From Podarcis gaigeae (lineage: Eukaryota), in assembly GCA_964106915.2 (NCBI GenBank), contig OZ066916.1: a stretch of 64,000 bases of DNA; one strand, 5' to 3'. The notes beneath the pieces were generated by a model. It did not search any database. It was not told where the DNA came from and worked only from the letters and a program-made list of their open reading frames with translations. The translations under genes and the position numbers were made by a program. Shown piece after piece: positions 25,401 to 37,400 of the stretch (positions are counted from its first letter, which is position 1; every line of letters begins with the position of its first letter).

Positions 25401-28400
25401 GCTTCTTGAAGGCACCTGGTTGGCCATTGTCAGAAACAGGATGGTAGGCTAGGTAGACATTTGGTCTGGTCCAGCAAGGAACTTCTTTCGGAGTGGTGGT
25501 TGTATAAAACCATGCATGCCACGCTGCTGCTGCTGCTGCTGCTGCTACTGCTACTACTGCTACTGCTACTACTGTGTGTGTGTGTGTGTGTGTGTGTTTA
25601 GAAGTAGTAGTGCTTCGCCACACTTCCAGTTTGCTACTGTATTGCACAAACCACATCGCAGGAAGAGAAGCTTAGAGCTAAGTGAGCAAGTTAAGGGAAA
25701 GGTGACAGCCTCCTGTTGGAACCCAGATGCTCTAAACAAATTAAGCTGTTGCTTTCCACAACAATGCCTAAGAATGCATATGCATATTGTAAAGATATTC
25801 TAGGCTATAATTCTGCATCAGACCAGCATGGGAAGTTGCACCTGATTCCAGTTGCTAATGTATGTTTGCTGTTTGACATTTCTAGTTAAGAGATATATGC
25901 TATCAGTAGACAATGGAGTACACCCTGTTTCAAACAAACTCCACCTTGCCTTAATGAGTCACATTTTGAAATGCAAGCTCACGCTGCAAAGGCACTGTTT
26001 AAACATTTATTGTTTTGCTTTTGTGCTTTTGTTCAATTTAAGGCACCCAATTTCCTCTTATAACTCATGCAGAGCTTTGGAACAGATTTGTATTATCAGT
26101 TATAATATAAAGATGCTTGTGTGTTGCAAGCTCGGATAGTAGATTAGCATTTGGTGGAAGGTGCAGAAGAAAATGAGCTGTGGAAAAGCTGCTTTCTTGA
26201 GATTTATACAGGCTGAAGGTACGTCTACACTCTGTGGAAAGCACCTCATGTTTTTGATAAACTTAATATGCCAACTCATCAGTTTGTAGGGAAAACGTTG
26301 TAGGAAGAAGATTATGGAGATGGCAGGGGGATGGCAAGAGACTGGTGAAGCAAAGATTAAATCTCATTTAGAGAGCAAATGTGTGCCACATGCTAGTTAT
26401 GGCTGTCTCAAAACAGCAGACCCAGTTATTTGAAACACTTAACTTAGGCTGTGTGCACACCATAAATGAAAAGTGTATTTAAAGCACATAGCTTCCTTCA
26501 AAGAATCCTGGGTGTAGTTTAACCCTCATAGAGCTACAGTTTCCAGCACCCTCAACAAAAAACAGTTCCCAGGATTATTTGGGGGAAGCCACATGCTGTA
26601 AAGGGACGCAGGTGGCGCTGTGGGTTAAACCACAGAGCCTAGGACTTGCCAATTGGAAGGTCGGCGGTTCGAATCCCCACAAAGGGGTGAGCTCCTGTTG
26701 CTCGGTCCCAGCTCCTGCCAACCTAGCAGTTTGAAAGCACGTCAAAGTGCAAGTAGATAAATAGGTACCGCTCCAGCTGGAAGGTAAACGGCATTTCCGT
26801 GTGCTGCTCTGGTTCACCAGAAGCGGCTTAGTCACATGACCCGGAAGCTGTATGCTGGCTCCCTCGGCAATAAAGTGAGATAAGCGCGCAACCCCAGAGT
26901 CGATCACGGCGGGACCTAATGGTCAGGGGTCCCTTTACCTTTGCCTTTACATGCTGTAAATGCTCTGCTGGATCACATCAGAGACTTATCTAGTTCAGTA
27001 TCCTGTTCTCACAATGGCCATCCAGATGCCCATGGAAAGCCCATAAGCAGGACATGAACACAGCAGCAGCATCTTCCTTGTGTTCCCTGGTAACTGACAT
27101 TCTGAGCTCTAAATGCCTCTAGAACTGGAGGCAATATATAGTCATCCTAGTTAGTGGCCATTGATATACTTCTCCACTAATTTGTCTAATTTATTGGTTT
27201 GTTTTAGTGTTTGTTTTATGCGTTTTGTGTTCTCATTTAGTATTTTTATGTTGTAAACCACCCTGTGATTTTCAGATGAAGGGCGGTTGTCAGGGGTTCA
27301 GGAGCAGAGGCACAGGGAAGAGAGGAGATGGAGAGCGAGGGGGAGGAATCCGAGGGGAGCGTAGGAGATGACAGTGGTCCGAGGGATTCCATGAGCCTCT
27401 CCAGCGAATCGGAAGATTCACAGAAGGGGGCGCCAGTGGCCAAGGGTAGGGGGTTCCCAAGGGGAACGCCCCAGGAGCAAGGGGGCAGCAGGGACTCCCA
27501 GAGCAGTAGTTGGAAATCAGGACCAGCTTCCCCACCAGAGCGGAGTGGGGGGGAAGAGTCCCAAGCATCGGGGCCAGTGCATTCCCCACCAGGGAGAGAA
27601 GACGAGACAGGGCTGACCACGCCTCCATCGGAGAGTCTGACAACGGGGGGGAGGTCAGATCCGGCCAGTGTCCCGGAAGGGGGAAGCAGTGACACAAGTA
27701 GTGTGATGGTTAGGAGAAAGGTCACTGGGTTGGCGCGAGAGGCAAGTTCAAATGTACAGGAGCGCGGGACAGCAGAGAATGAGGATTGGGAACCGGGTCC
27801 TAAGGCCCGCCGGAGGCAGGGGGAGTTGCTAAGCGACTCAGCGTTGGAAGAGTCCAGAAAGGGCAATGCCCCAGCGGGCAGGAGGACCCAGAGGAGGAGA
27901 GAGCAGCGCAAGAGGTGGAGCAGGGCTAGGATCTTAAACTGGTGTCAGAGGGGAGGAGACTCAGACGGGACTTCGCCGATCTAGAGTTCAAGACGTAGTG
28001 CTGCACGCTGTGGCTTTGAAATGGAAATTGGACTTTAATAAAGACTTTTGTACATTACCACAGCCTAGCGTTGGTCCTCTGTGAGCTGGGACCTAGCGGC
28101 AGCTCTGACAGCGGTATATAAAATTTAATGATAACATAAACAAATAACAAATGAATAATCCTGTTTTGCTGTTGGCGGCCATCACAACATCCTAGCAGGT
28201 GAACCTTGGTGTCCAGCAAGGAATATGTGCAGGACAAAGGTTGAGAGGAGACCCAGTATGTTGACTGGGGAAAGGTTACCTGGTTTATGCTCCCACTTGG
28301 ATGGGAATTGTTTCTTGTATCCTATGTCTTGCAAGCTGTTTTATCCTGATTTTTCATTCTCACTGTTCTCACTAGCTGGGAAATCAAACTGATGTTCATC

Positions 28401-31400
28401 TAAGCAGAGATTTCTTCTTGACGAACCGACCTGTTGCTCGCACCGACACATACGTCAACCTGCGTGAAGTCTCAAACCGCTTCCACCTAGCTCAGGGAGA
28501 ATACCTCATTGTACCTTCTACATTTGAGCCTTTCAAAGATGGAGACTTCTGCCTTAGAGTCTTCACAGAGAAACAGGCTAAAGCTCAGTATGTATCTTGT
28601 ACCCCAATGTGCCAAAAGGCATTGTCCCTTTGCACTCAGTGCATCAAAGCTGTGGCTTGATCAGGTGTCTAATCAGGCTTATAGCTCATGACCCCCCCTT
28701 TTTTTTGCTCTCTAAGTTCTCATTAGGGAGTAATGACTATTCAACCATGTTCCATTATACCTCTGCTAGCATAGTGACTGAAGTGATATAATAAAAGACG
28801 AATGAAAAGATAGTTGGGATGGATCTTGGAGTTTGGTGAAGAAAACTTTCAACTTATATGCATAGACATTTTGTTTGTTTGTTTGTTTGCTACCCTTGAT
28901 CATAAAGTCCAGGGTGGATTACAGCATTAAACACCACATTAAAAACAGTTTAAAACAACTTGCAATCATAGCAACAAACAGGTTACAAGAAAAGTGGTGT
29001 TGGTGAGAACACCTCCACTCACCGATTTCCCCATTCCTTTTCAAATCCCCTTTCCTTCACCAGAACCTATTTAGCATGTTTTTCTTTGGACGACAATCAA
29101 ATCTTCAATTAGTTTGAAAATATTCCTTTTATGGACCAGGGTAGAAGTTAAGTCCATGTCAGATGAAAACAGCAAAAGCAAGTGTACACAATTTGGTTCT
29201 GGAGTATTAAGGTGAATGAACCATTTTGTCCCTAGTAGATAAAGGATCTTGCATGGTTACCTTAAGGCTGAGATAGCCAATGCTGTCCCCTTCAGATATT
29301 ACTAGAATTCCATGAGTTTGTGTCTAATGATAATGGGTGGTGGGAGTTGTAGTCCAGCGATGTCTGGAGGGTGCTACATGGGCTAGCCCTCATCTGCTCC
29401 CAATCTCAGGCTTTAAGGTCTGCCTCAGGCCCGCCACTCTCTATACCTTCATCTTGGATCATCAGGCAAGTAAGCATGAGTATCAGGGCCTTCTCAGTGG
29501 TGGTACTGCACCTCTGGAGTAACCTTCCACTAGAGATGCATCAGAATATCTCTTTACTGTCTTTTTAGAGAGACACCAAAAACATTTCTGTTTCAACAGG
29601 GATTTAATGTTTGATCGTGTTACTGTTTTAAACAGTTCTTAAAACAAACAAAACTATTGTAAGATTGTTATCATTTTAAGTTGCGGCATTTTTAAGCTTT
29701 TATCTTAGTAGTTTGATTTTACTTAATTGTATTGGGTTGCAATTTATTTTAATGGGCCTATTCTAAGCATGACTAAACCAAGATTCAGCACACTGAATTT
29801 TTTGGTGTAAGCTATTTCTGAGTGTTTCTATGATAAGAAGAACAGGATATTTAATTATATTCTTCTTCTTATTTTTTCCTCACAGGGAAATGGGTGATAC
29901 TGTGGCTGCAAATCCATATGAGGTAAGCAAATCAAGTGGGGTCAAATTCACAGATTCAGCTTTGGGATACAGAGCCTTATTACTGCAAAAGCTGAGGACC
30001 TCTTTGTTGCAGCCCAGAAAGTGTTGTACGCTAAAGAAAATAGTTCTTTCTTTGCATCCATAAGGCTTAATTCACTGACTTCTTTGCACAACTCATTTCT
30101 GGAGAAGCAAAATTCTGCACCATAAAGCTGTAAGATCAATCACAATGTTTGACAAACGTAGCAGAGATGACAGACTTCCGCTTAGCAAAAGCAACCTTTT
30201 AAGTTTCTGCGCTTCCTGAGCCAGCTTCTCAGGTTTCTGTTCCCTTCAGAGCTTATTTTGACTCAGGAGCCCTTTGGAGGAAGCCTCAGACCTCGGTGTA
30301 AAATGTAACATTATTCATGATTTCTTTTAGCCTCATGTTGCAGGCAAGGACATAGACAGCGAGTTCAAGAGCCTGTTTCAAAAACTTTCTGGGGAGGTAA
30401 GAGGGTTTCTGTGCTATGATAAATGTTCAGAATTAGGCAAATGCTTCAAAGATTTCCCAGTGCATTGGCTGCTTCTTTTTACTAACACAGTTGGCAGTAG
30501 ACTCCTGGAGAGCCGCTTTTCTTGTTCTCAGTCTTTTTATTCCTGCACCATGTTCACCATCACTTGATGGGGGAACTGACAGAGAGGAAACTGGTCCTTT
30601 AAGCATACCCCTCCCCAGGAAAGAGGAAGGACCTGAGAGAGGTGTTCTGGGCTGAGAAGCACAAAAGGCCTTATTTGAACTTTAGACGTCATTGGACCAA
30701 ATTGGCCACGTGGAGCTCTCTCAGGTCCTGAAGTCTGATCTTATCTGTCCCCTGGCAACTTAATATGCCCCTGCTCAAGAACAGGACAATGAGGAAACAG
30801 CGCCTTGTAGACCCCAATTGCCTTCTTTTTAACCTATTCTACATATCAATGTGCCACAGAGGAAAATCGGGATGCGGGTCTTTTGGGGCCGCGCTCCTAC
30901 ACGAGTCACGTGATTCACGGAAGAATGTGGCCCTGCCCAAAAACCCCACATATCTTTCAGAGCCGTGCTCTTGTGGCACCCAGGTGACTTCCGCGATAGA
31001 ACGGTTCCCCCCAAAAGGCATATTTTGGGGCTGCGCTCTTTCAGGAGCCAAAACAGGACATCTTAGAATCCAGGCAAAAGGCAGAGGGCCTTTTTGGTAG
31101 TGGCACCTGCCCTGTCAAGGAAATAAACAACTATTTGACTTTTAGAAGACATCTGAAGGCAGCCCTGATTATGGAAGTTTTTAATGTTTAATGTTTTATT
31201 CTGTTTTTAATATCCTGTTGAAAGCCACCCCGAGTGGCTGGGGATGCCCAGGGTATACGTATGATTATGATTATGATTATTCCAGGATGTCCCACTTAAA
31301 GTAGGACAGTTGATAGACATGATTCTAAACACTGCCCTCCAAATCCAGTAGCTGCAACGTGCATATAGGACATCACTGTGGATACCAATCTACAGTAAGC

Positions 31401-34400
31401 CAGGGCCTTGTCCCATTTACTTCTATGGGAGAGAGAGCCCTTCCCTGGAATGGGAGTGTGCTTATGGAGCTATTCTGACATTTGAAGAGAATAGGGTTAC
31501 CAGCCCTATATACAAGGGATGCGGAACTTGTGGTCCTTCAGATTTTGCTAGATTCTGACCCCCATCAACTCCAGACAGCATGGTCACTGGCCAAAGATGA
31601 TGGGATTTATAGTCCAGCAACATTTGGAGTGCCACAAGTTCATCATCTCTACTATATACTATGCACCAGCTTCATTTTGTAGTTACATTCCTTATCAACA
31701 GTGTGAGCATCCCTTTGTCTTCTTAGAGCTCTGTTTACTTCTTGTGGAAGCCTTTGTCCCTGGCCTTTTATCATTAACTAACACACCCAACAGCTATCAT
31801 CCACTAAAAATAAATTTAAATTGAATTTGGAGAGCTGGGGCAGAGAAGTCTCTCTTGGTTTTTGTTTGACATTAGATCTAGGATAGAGGCTAGGTTTAGC
31901 CAGAAGGGAAGGGTTTGGTTGCCACGGTTGTTAAATCTTGGATTTGACTCCTTTTCTGCAGAACAGTGAAATGACTGCTGATGAACTTCAGACTGTTCTG
32001 AACAGAGTTGTGTCAAAGAGTAAGTTGCAGTCACTGCTTCATAATTGTGGGGGGAGACTCAAATACACACTCAAATACGTATATCCAGAATCATAGAATC
32101 ATAGAGTTGGAAGAGACCACAAGGGCCATTGAGTCCAACTCCCTGCCAAGCAGGAAACACCATCAGAGCACTCCTGACATATGGTTGTCAAGCCTCTGCT
32201 TAAAGACCTCCAAAGAAGGAGACTCCACCACACTCCTTGGCAGCAAATTCCACTGTCGAACAGCTCTTACTGTCAGGAAGTTCTTCCTAATGTTTAGGTG
32301 GAATCTTCTTTCTTGTAGTTTGGAACCATTGCTCCATGTCCGCTTCTCTGGAGCAGCAGAAAACAACCTTTCTCCCTCCTCTATGTGACATCCTTTTATA
32401 TATTTGAACATGGCTATCATATCACCCCTTAACCTCCTCTTCTCCACGCTAAACATGCCCAGCTCCCTTAGCCGTTCCTCATAAGGCATCGTTTCCAGGC
32501 CTTTGACCATTTTGGTTGCCCTCCTCTGGACACGTTCCAGATTTTCAGTGTCCTTCTTGAACTGTGATGCCCAGAACTGGACACAGTACTCCAGGTGAGG
32601 TCTGACCAGAGCAGAATACAGTGGCACTATTACTTCCCTTGATCTAGATGCTATACTCCTATTGATGCAGCCCAGAATTGCATAGGCTTTTTTAGCTGCC
32701 GCATCACACTGTTGGCTCATGTCAAGTTTGTGGTCAACCAAGACTCCTAGATCCTTTTCACATGTAAGATCCTTTTCACATGTTTCACAGAATTATATTC
32801 AAAACCAGTCTGAATAATTCCAAACCGTAGCTGCCATTATGCTTTTCTTAAATTGCCTGTTATAGTTGCAACTGATTGCTATACAACTTTCAGAATGATA
32901 GCTATATTATTTTGCGTAATAAAGCCAGAAATACAAAATAATAATAATGCATATTTCTGCAGTTCCTCAGAGTATGCATGAGAATTTTGCATTTATTTAA
33001 GTTCATTTCTACTACGAATTCCAGGGTTGTAGTGTGGGTTTAGGTGAAGCATTGATCCAGCTTAGATTAGTTTGTGCATGTTTATATTTTCTTTTTGAAA
33101 ATGTTTTAAATAAAGTTGTTGTTTTTTTGGGGGGGCACCACAAAGAGAACTGATTTGCCACAGAATCAGCTCTTGCCTTGTAATCACATCTTTCTGCTGA
33201 TGTTCTTGTGAAATAGCACTAGAATCTTCCCTCTGTGAGATGTTCAGCTGTCTTCAAAATGATCTAGCATATTTTTCCTTAACTGCAAAGGCTAACCATG
33301 CACAAAGATAACTCCCTAGTGTTTCCAGGGAATGCAGATAAATATTTGTCTAACATATTTTTTGCCTTTTTCATTGTATAGGAAGAGACATTAACAGTGA
33401 TGGATTCAGCATAAACACCTGCAGGGAGATGATCAGCCTCTTAGATGTATCCTTTAAATGTCACTCTTCTCTACTGGATTTCCCTTGCGAACCTTTTGAC
33501 TAGATAAGGCAGGGCTTAACGTGTCTCATTTTCCTGGCACATCTGTCTTCACTTGCTGTAGGCATAAAGTGCAGAGTGTCGATCTAAACAGCTTAGTATA
33601 GCAAGGTTATTAACCCTTTGTTTCTGGTTGCGTGCTTGGTTTCCCATTGTATTGTGTTCAAGTTCTCCTGGGATGTATGAGAATTTGTCAACGATCCCTG
33701 CCTGGATTTAGCCGTGGTTGTGTTGTTATGAACCACCTGGCTGCGATTCTAGTCCAATCATCAGATCATAGGTTGCTCTCCTTTTATACACAAGGAAGGT
33801 GTACAATGAGATTTGGAGAGCTGTGGGGAGAGTGGGCCAAATGGTTGAACCGGCCCCTCCTATCCACATGGCTCGGCAAATATGGAGGAAATAAAAGCTG
33901 GAGAAACTGCCAATCTTCACAGCATGCCCTTTTCTCATAGGAGAGTAATTAACAATGCAAATGATTTAACATGCAAGAATGAATTTAATATAGCTGTGTA
34001 GCCAGGTGGCTGGCAGAGAGCCACAGGGAGGGCTGGTAGAGAAGACAAGCTGTAATCTAGAGGGATGAGCTGTGCTGCTTCAGCAGAAAGTCTGCATAGG
34101 GAAAATAATGGTCGAACTGGACTCAGGTGCACCTAGGGCCTTCAGAACCGTGCACTTAGAAAGAAGCCTTTGGTATCTCAGTCTCCACACCTACATGATG
34201 GCTGAAGTCCTCTGTTCTATTTTATTTGTCTTCTTCTGTGCTGGTCTACACTTGCAGCTGAATGTGGGGAAAGGGAGTAAAGACAGGAGAATAGACTCAG
34301 CCCACTTCAAGATGCAGATGGGAGAAAAGCAGTGCTCCTTTCCTTCCTCAAAACAAACAAACAAATGCCACAGAAACCTCCAAAGTAGGAAACTGGCACG

Positions 34401-37400
34401 GCAGAGAGAGGGGCCTGTTCTATTCCATGTGGCAGCCTCTGCAATGCAGGGGTTCTGACCCCAGACAAAAGTTAAGGTTTCAGCAACAGAACAAGGTAAG
34501 CCAAAGTCGGATAAGGTCTAGGTCAGGCAGTGCAGTGAAATTTTTTGTAGGGGAGTAGTTAGGGCCAGATGTTCCAGCTTGCGAGGGCATGCGGGGGTGA
34601 AGGCTTCCACCGGGATTTCCTGATGTTGCATGTGTGAGCATCGCGCTTCCTTCCCTAAGCTGTACAGAAGCTTCCTGGGCTTTGGGAAGAAGGCACTAGG
34701 GTTTAATACTTTAATACTCTTAATTTACTTAATTTAGGGGACTAGCCTAGTTCCTCAAGTCCACTGACTGCACACCACTGAGGTCAGGTGTGGTGAACCA
34801 CTAGTCTTCCAGATGTTTCTGAACCACAAAGTTTCCCACACCTGGTTTAGATTTCGGTGAGGCAAGATGAGGCCAGAATTTAGTGGTGCCATATCTAGTT
34901 CAGGCTGGAGAGTCCATAAGATCAGAACTTGAATGTTGTTGCCTATTTCAGGCTCAAAATGAGGTTTAAAGAGGAGCTGTTGCTCTAGCTCCACCTTCAG
35001 TGAAAGGAGCCTCCTCACTCAAGGGGCCCAGCCTATTTTAGAGTCATCACTCTCATACAGTGAGGAGCAAATGGAGCTTCTGAGTGTGAGTTCTCAGAGT
35101 CAGAGGTGGGCAGTGTGACCTTCTTCAGCCAGAGAGCCAGTGTGGTGTAGTGGTTAAGAGCGGTGGGCTTGTAATCTGGGGAACCGGGTTCGTGTCTCCG
35201 CTTCTCCACATGCAGCTGCTGGGTGACCTTGGGGTAGTCACACTTCTCTGAAGTCGCTCAGCCCCACTCACCTCACAGAGTGTTTGTTGTGGTGGAGGAA
35301 GGGAAAGGAGAATGTTAGCTGCTTTGAGACTCCTTCGGATAGTGATAAGGCGGGATATCAAATCCAAACTCTTCTTCTCTTCTACCATGGAATCCTCTTG
35401 TGTTAGGGCTTCCAGGTTGGTATAAGCATCAGGCTCTGACTCTGAAGGCAGTTCCCTCTCCTACTCTGAATCCCTAGCCTGACCCTCCAAAGATGAGGAT
35501 TCTTGCATTAGCATCATGATAGGGTCAACCAGGGAGTTTTCTCATTCAGAAATAGGTAACCTCCACCTACAGCCTCACGTGGTATGGTTTATTCTGCACT
35601 AGGGAGTCTACTACATCAGTCAATGCCTGTGGAGACCAAGCCTCAGTCTCTCCTTTTGTCAAGCCCTTCCCCTCCTCAATCCCTTCTCACTCCTTACACT
35701 CTGCACAAACAGCCTATTGTCTTCTCCTTCATATTTTTCTCTGGCCTTCATTTCATTCTGTTCTGCCTGCATATCTCCCATTATCTGTTCATCTAGCCAT
35801 GAACTCTCTCCACTTTCAAATCTCTCTTTAAATTTATTTCATGCCAGAGACAGAGAGTGGATTTTAATAACTACTGAAAGTGGTTAAGATGGTGGGGGAC
35901 CTTTTGCCCTCTGGTTTGAAAACACATTTCTTTGTCGCTCGTGGTCTTCTCTGGAACAACACAAGTACCTCTCACTAGACCAAATAATGGGGTGACTACA
36001 CACCAAAGTCAAACATGCTTTTCTTGTACATTTTCTCTACATTTGGAAACAGTAATTCACGAAGCAAATAAAATCTTTCCTCAGGCACCTTGGCCTCACT
36101 TTACCTGCTCTTCCACTGTCTCTGACCCCCCCCCCCATCTCTGTTTGATGTACATTATAACCCTCTGGCCACAGATCAGATCATGCCCCTAGCAGAACTG
36201 CCTTGTGGGTAAGAAGGACCATGGGCAGTTGTATGGATAAAGGTAAAGGTAAAGGGACCCCTGACCATTAGGTCCAGTCGTGACCAACTCTGGGGTTGTG
36301 GCGCTCATCTCGCTTTATTGGCCGAGGGAGCCGGCGTACAGCTTCCGGGTCATGTGGCCAGCATGACTAAGCCACTTCTAGGGAACGAGAGCAGCGCACG
36401 GAAACGCCGTTTACCTTCCCGCCACAGCAGTACCTATTTATCTACTTGCACTTTGATGTGCTTTCGAACTGCTAGGTTGGCAGGAGCAGGGACCAAGCAA
36501 CAGGAGCTCACCCTGTTGCAAGGATTCGAACCGCCGACCTTCTGATTGGCAAGTCCTAGGTTCTGTGGTTTAACCCACGGCGCCACCTACGTCCTGTTGT
36601 ATGGATACCTCATCTCTAAACAGAGAAAACTAGCTTCATGGCTAGGTTGTGAGAATAAGCACGGGGACCACAAAGTTCTTTGCGCAATTAAAGAGTTGTA
36701 GACTTAAGAAACATTTCTCTGGAGTAATGGAGTGCTTCATCACTTACCTCTGCTGCCAGCTCCCCTTTGCTCATTGTGAAGTGAGGCAAAAGCCTGCTTT
36801 TAGCAAGATGGCTGTGAGGTCAGTTCTTTGCTCTAATGATGGTTCTAAGAGGCAATGGGTCATTTGCTGGCTTTTGTGATGCCAGAACTGGACACAATGT
36901 TTTGCTTATTATGCCAGATCGTTCAACGCAATTTCTTTCAGCAAAAAGGGAAAAGAGAGATGAGGTGCTTGGGACAGACCTGCCACTTCTGTCTAGAAGG
37001 TCACGGGTACCAGATGCAACTCAGCTTTGCTGCAATCACTGGGGTCTGGATTGTACCTATGTAGCCTGCTCCTGTGCAAGCTGACTCATAAATAAGCATA
37101 CATGCAGAACTGGCACCTTTTTACAAGTGCCATATCATGTTCATTTTGTACTTGCAAGGAATTGATCTCTCAGTGTGACAGCACAAAAGCTCTAGAACTC
37201 CCTGCAGGTCGCTATCTTGTTTTCAGCACCTGCAAAACTTTTTTTTATTTAAGCAAGTCTGAGTAGATGTACAATTTTGACAGGCATTTTAATGTGCAGG
37301 TTTATTTTATTATGTGTTTTGGGGTGGAGAAAGTCTGGCCCATCGGATATAGTTAGTCTCCAACTCCCATCAGCCCCAGCAAACATAATTAAGCAGAAAG

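Noticed and set aside
25150-25803. Poly-Cys/Tyr and poly-Ala ORFs
   Set aside because: They are translations of a compound microsatellite.
26603-26680. tRNA-like A/B boxes here and at 35132, 36540, 38568 and 58151
   Set aside because: These are SINE heads with SINE bodies, tails and mostly TSDs, not tRNA genes.
27246-27911. 221-aa antisense ORF over the intron 11 LTR (HBZ-like idea)
   Set aside because: It is the mirror of the purine-rich strand, rich in S/P/L, starts at a non-ATG codon and ends outside the LTR. Base composition explains it.
33275-33290. Perfect U12 branch sequence TTCCTTAAC in intron 15
   Set aside because: Intron 15 has a U2 donor (GTAAGT), and the same 9-mer also occurs at about 22994, 49305 and 61246 with no U12 donor, so it is likely chance.
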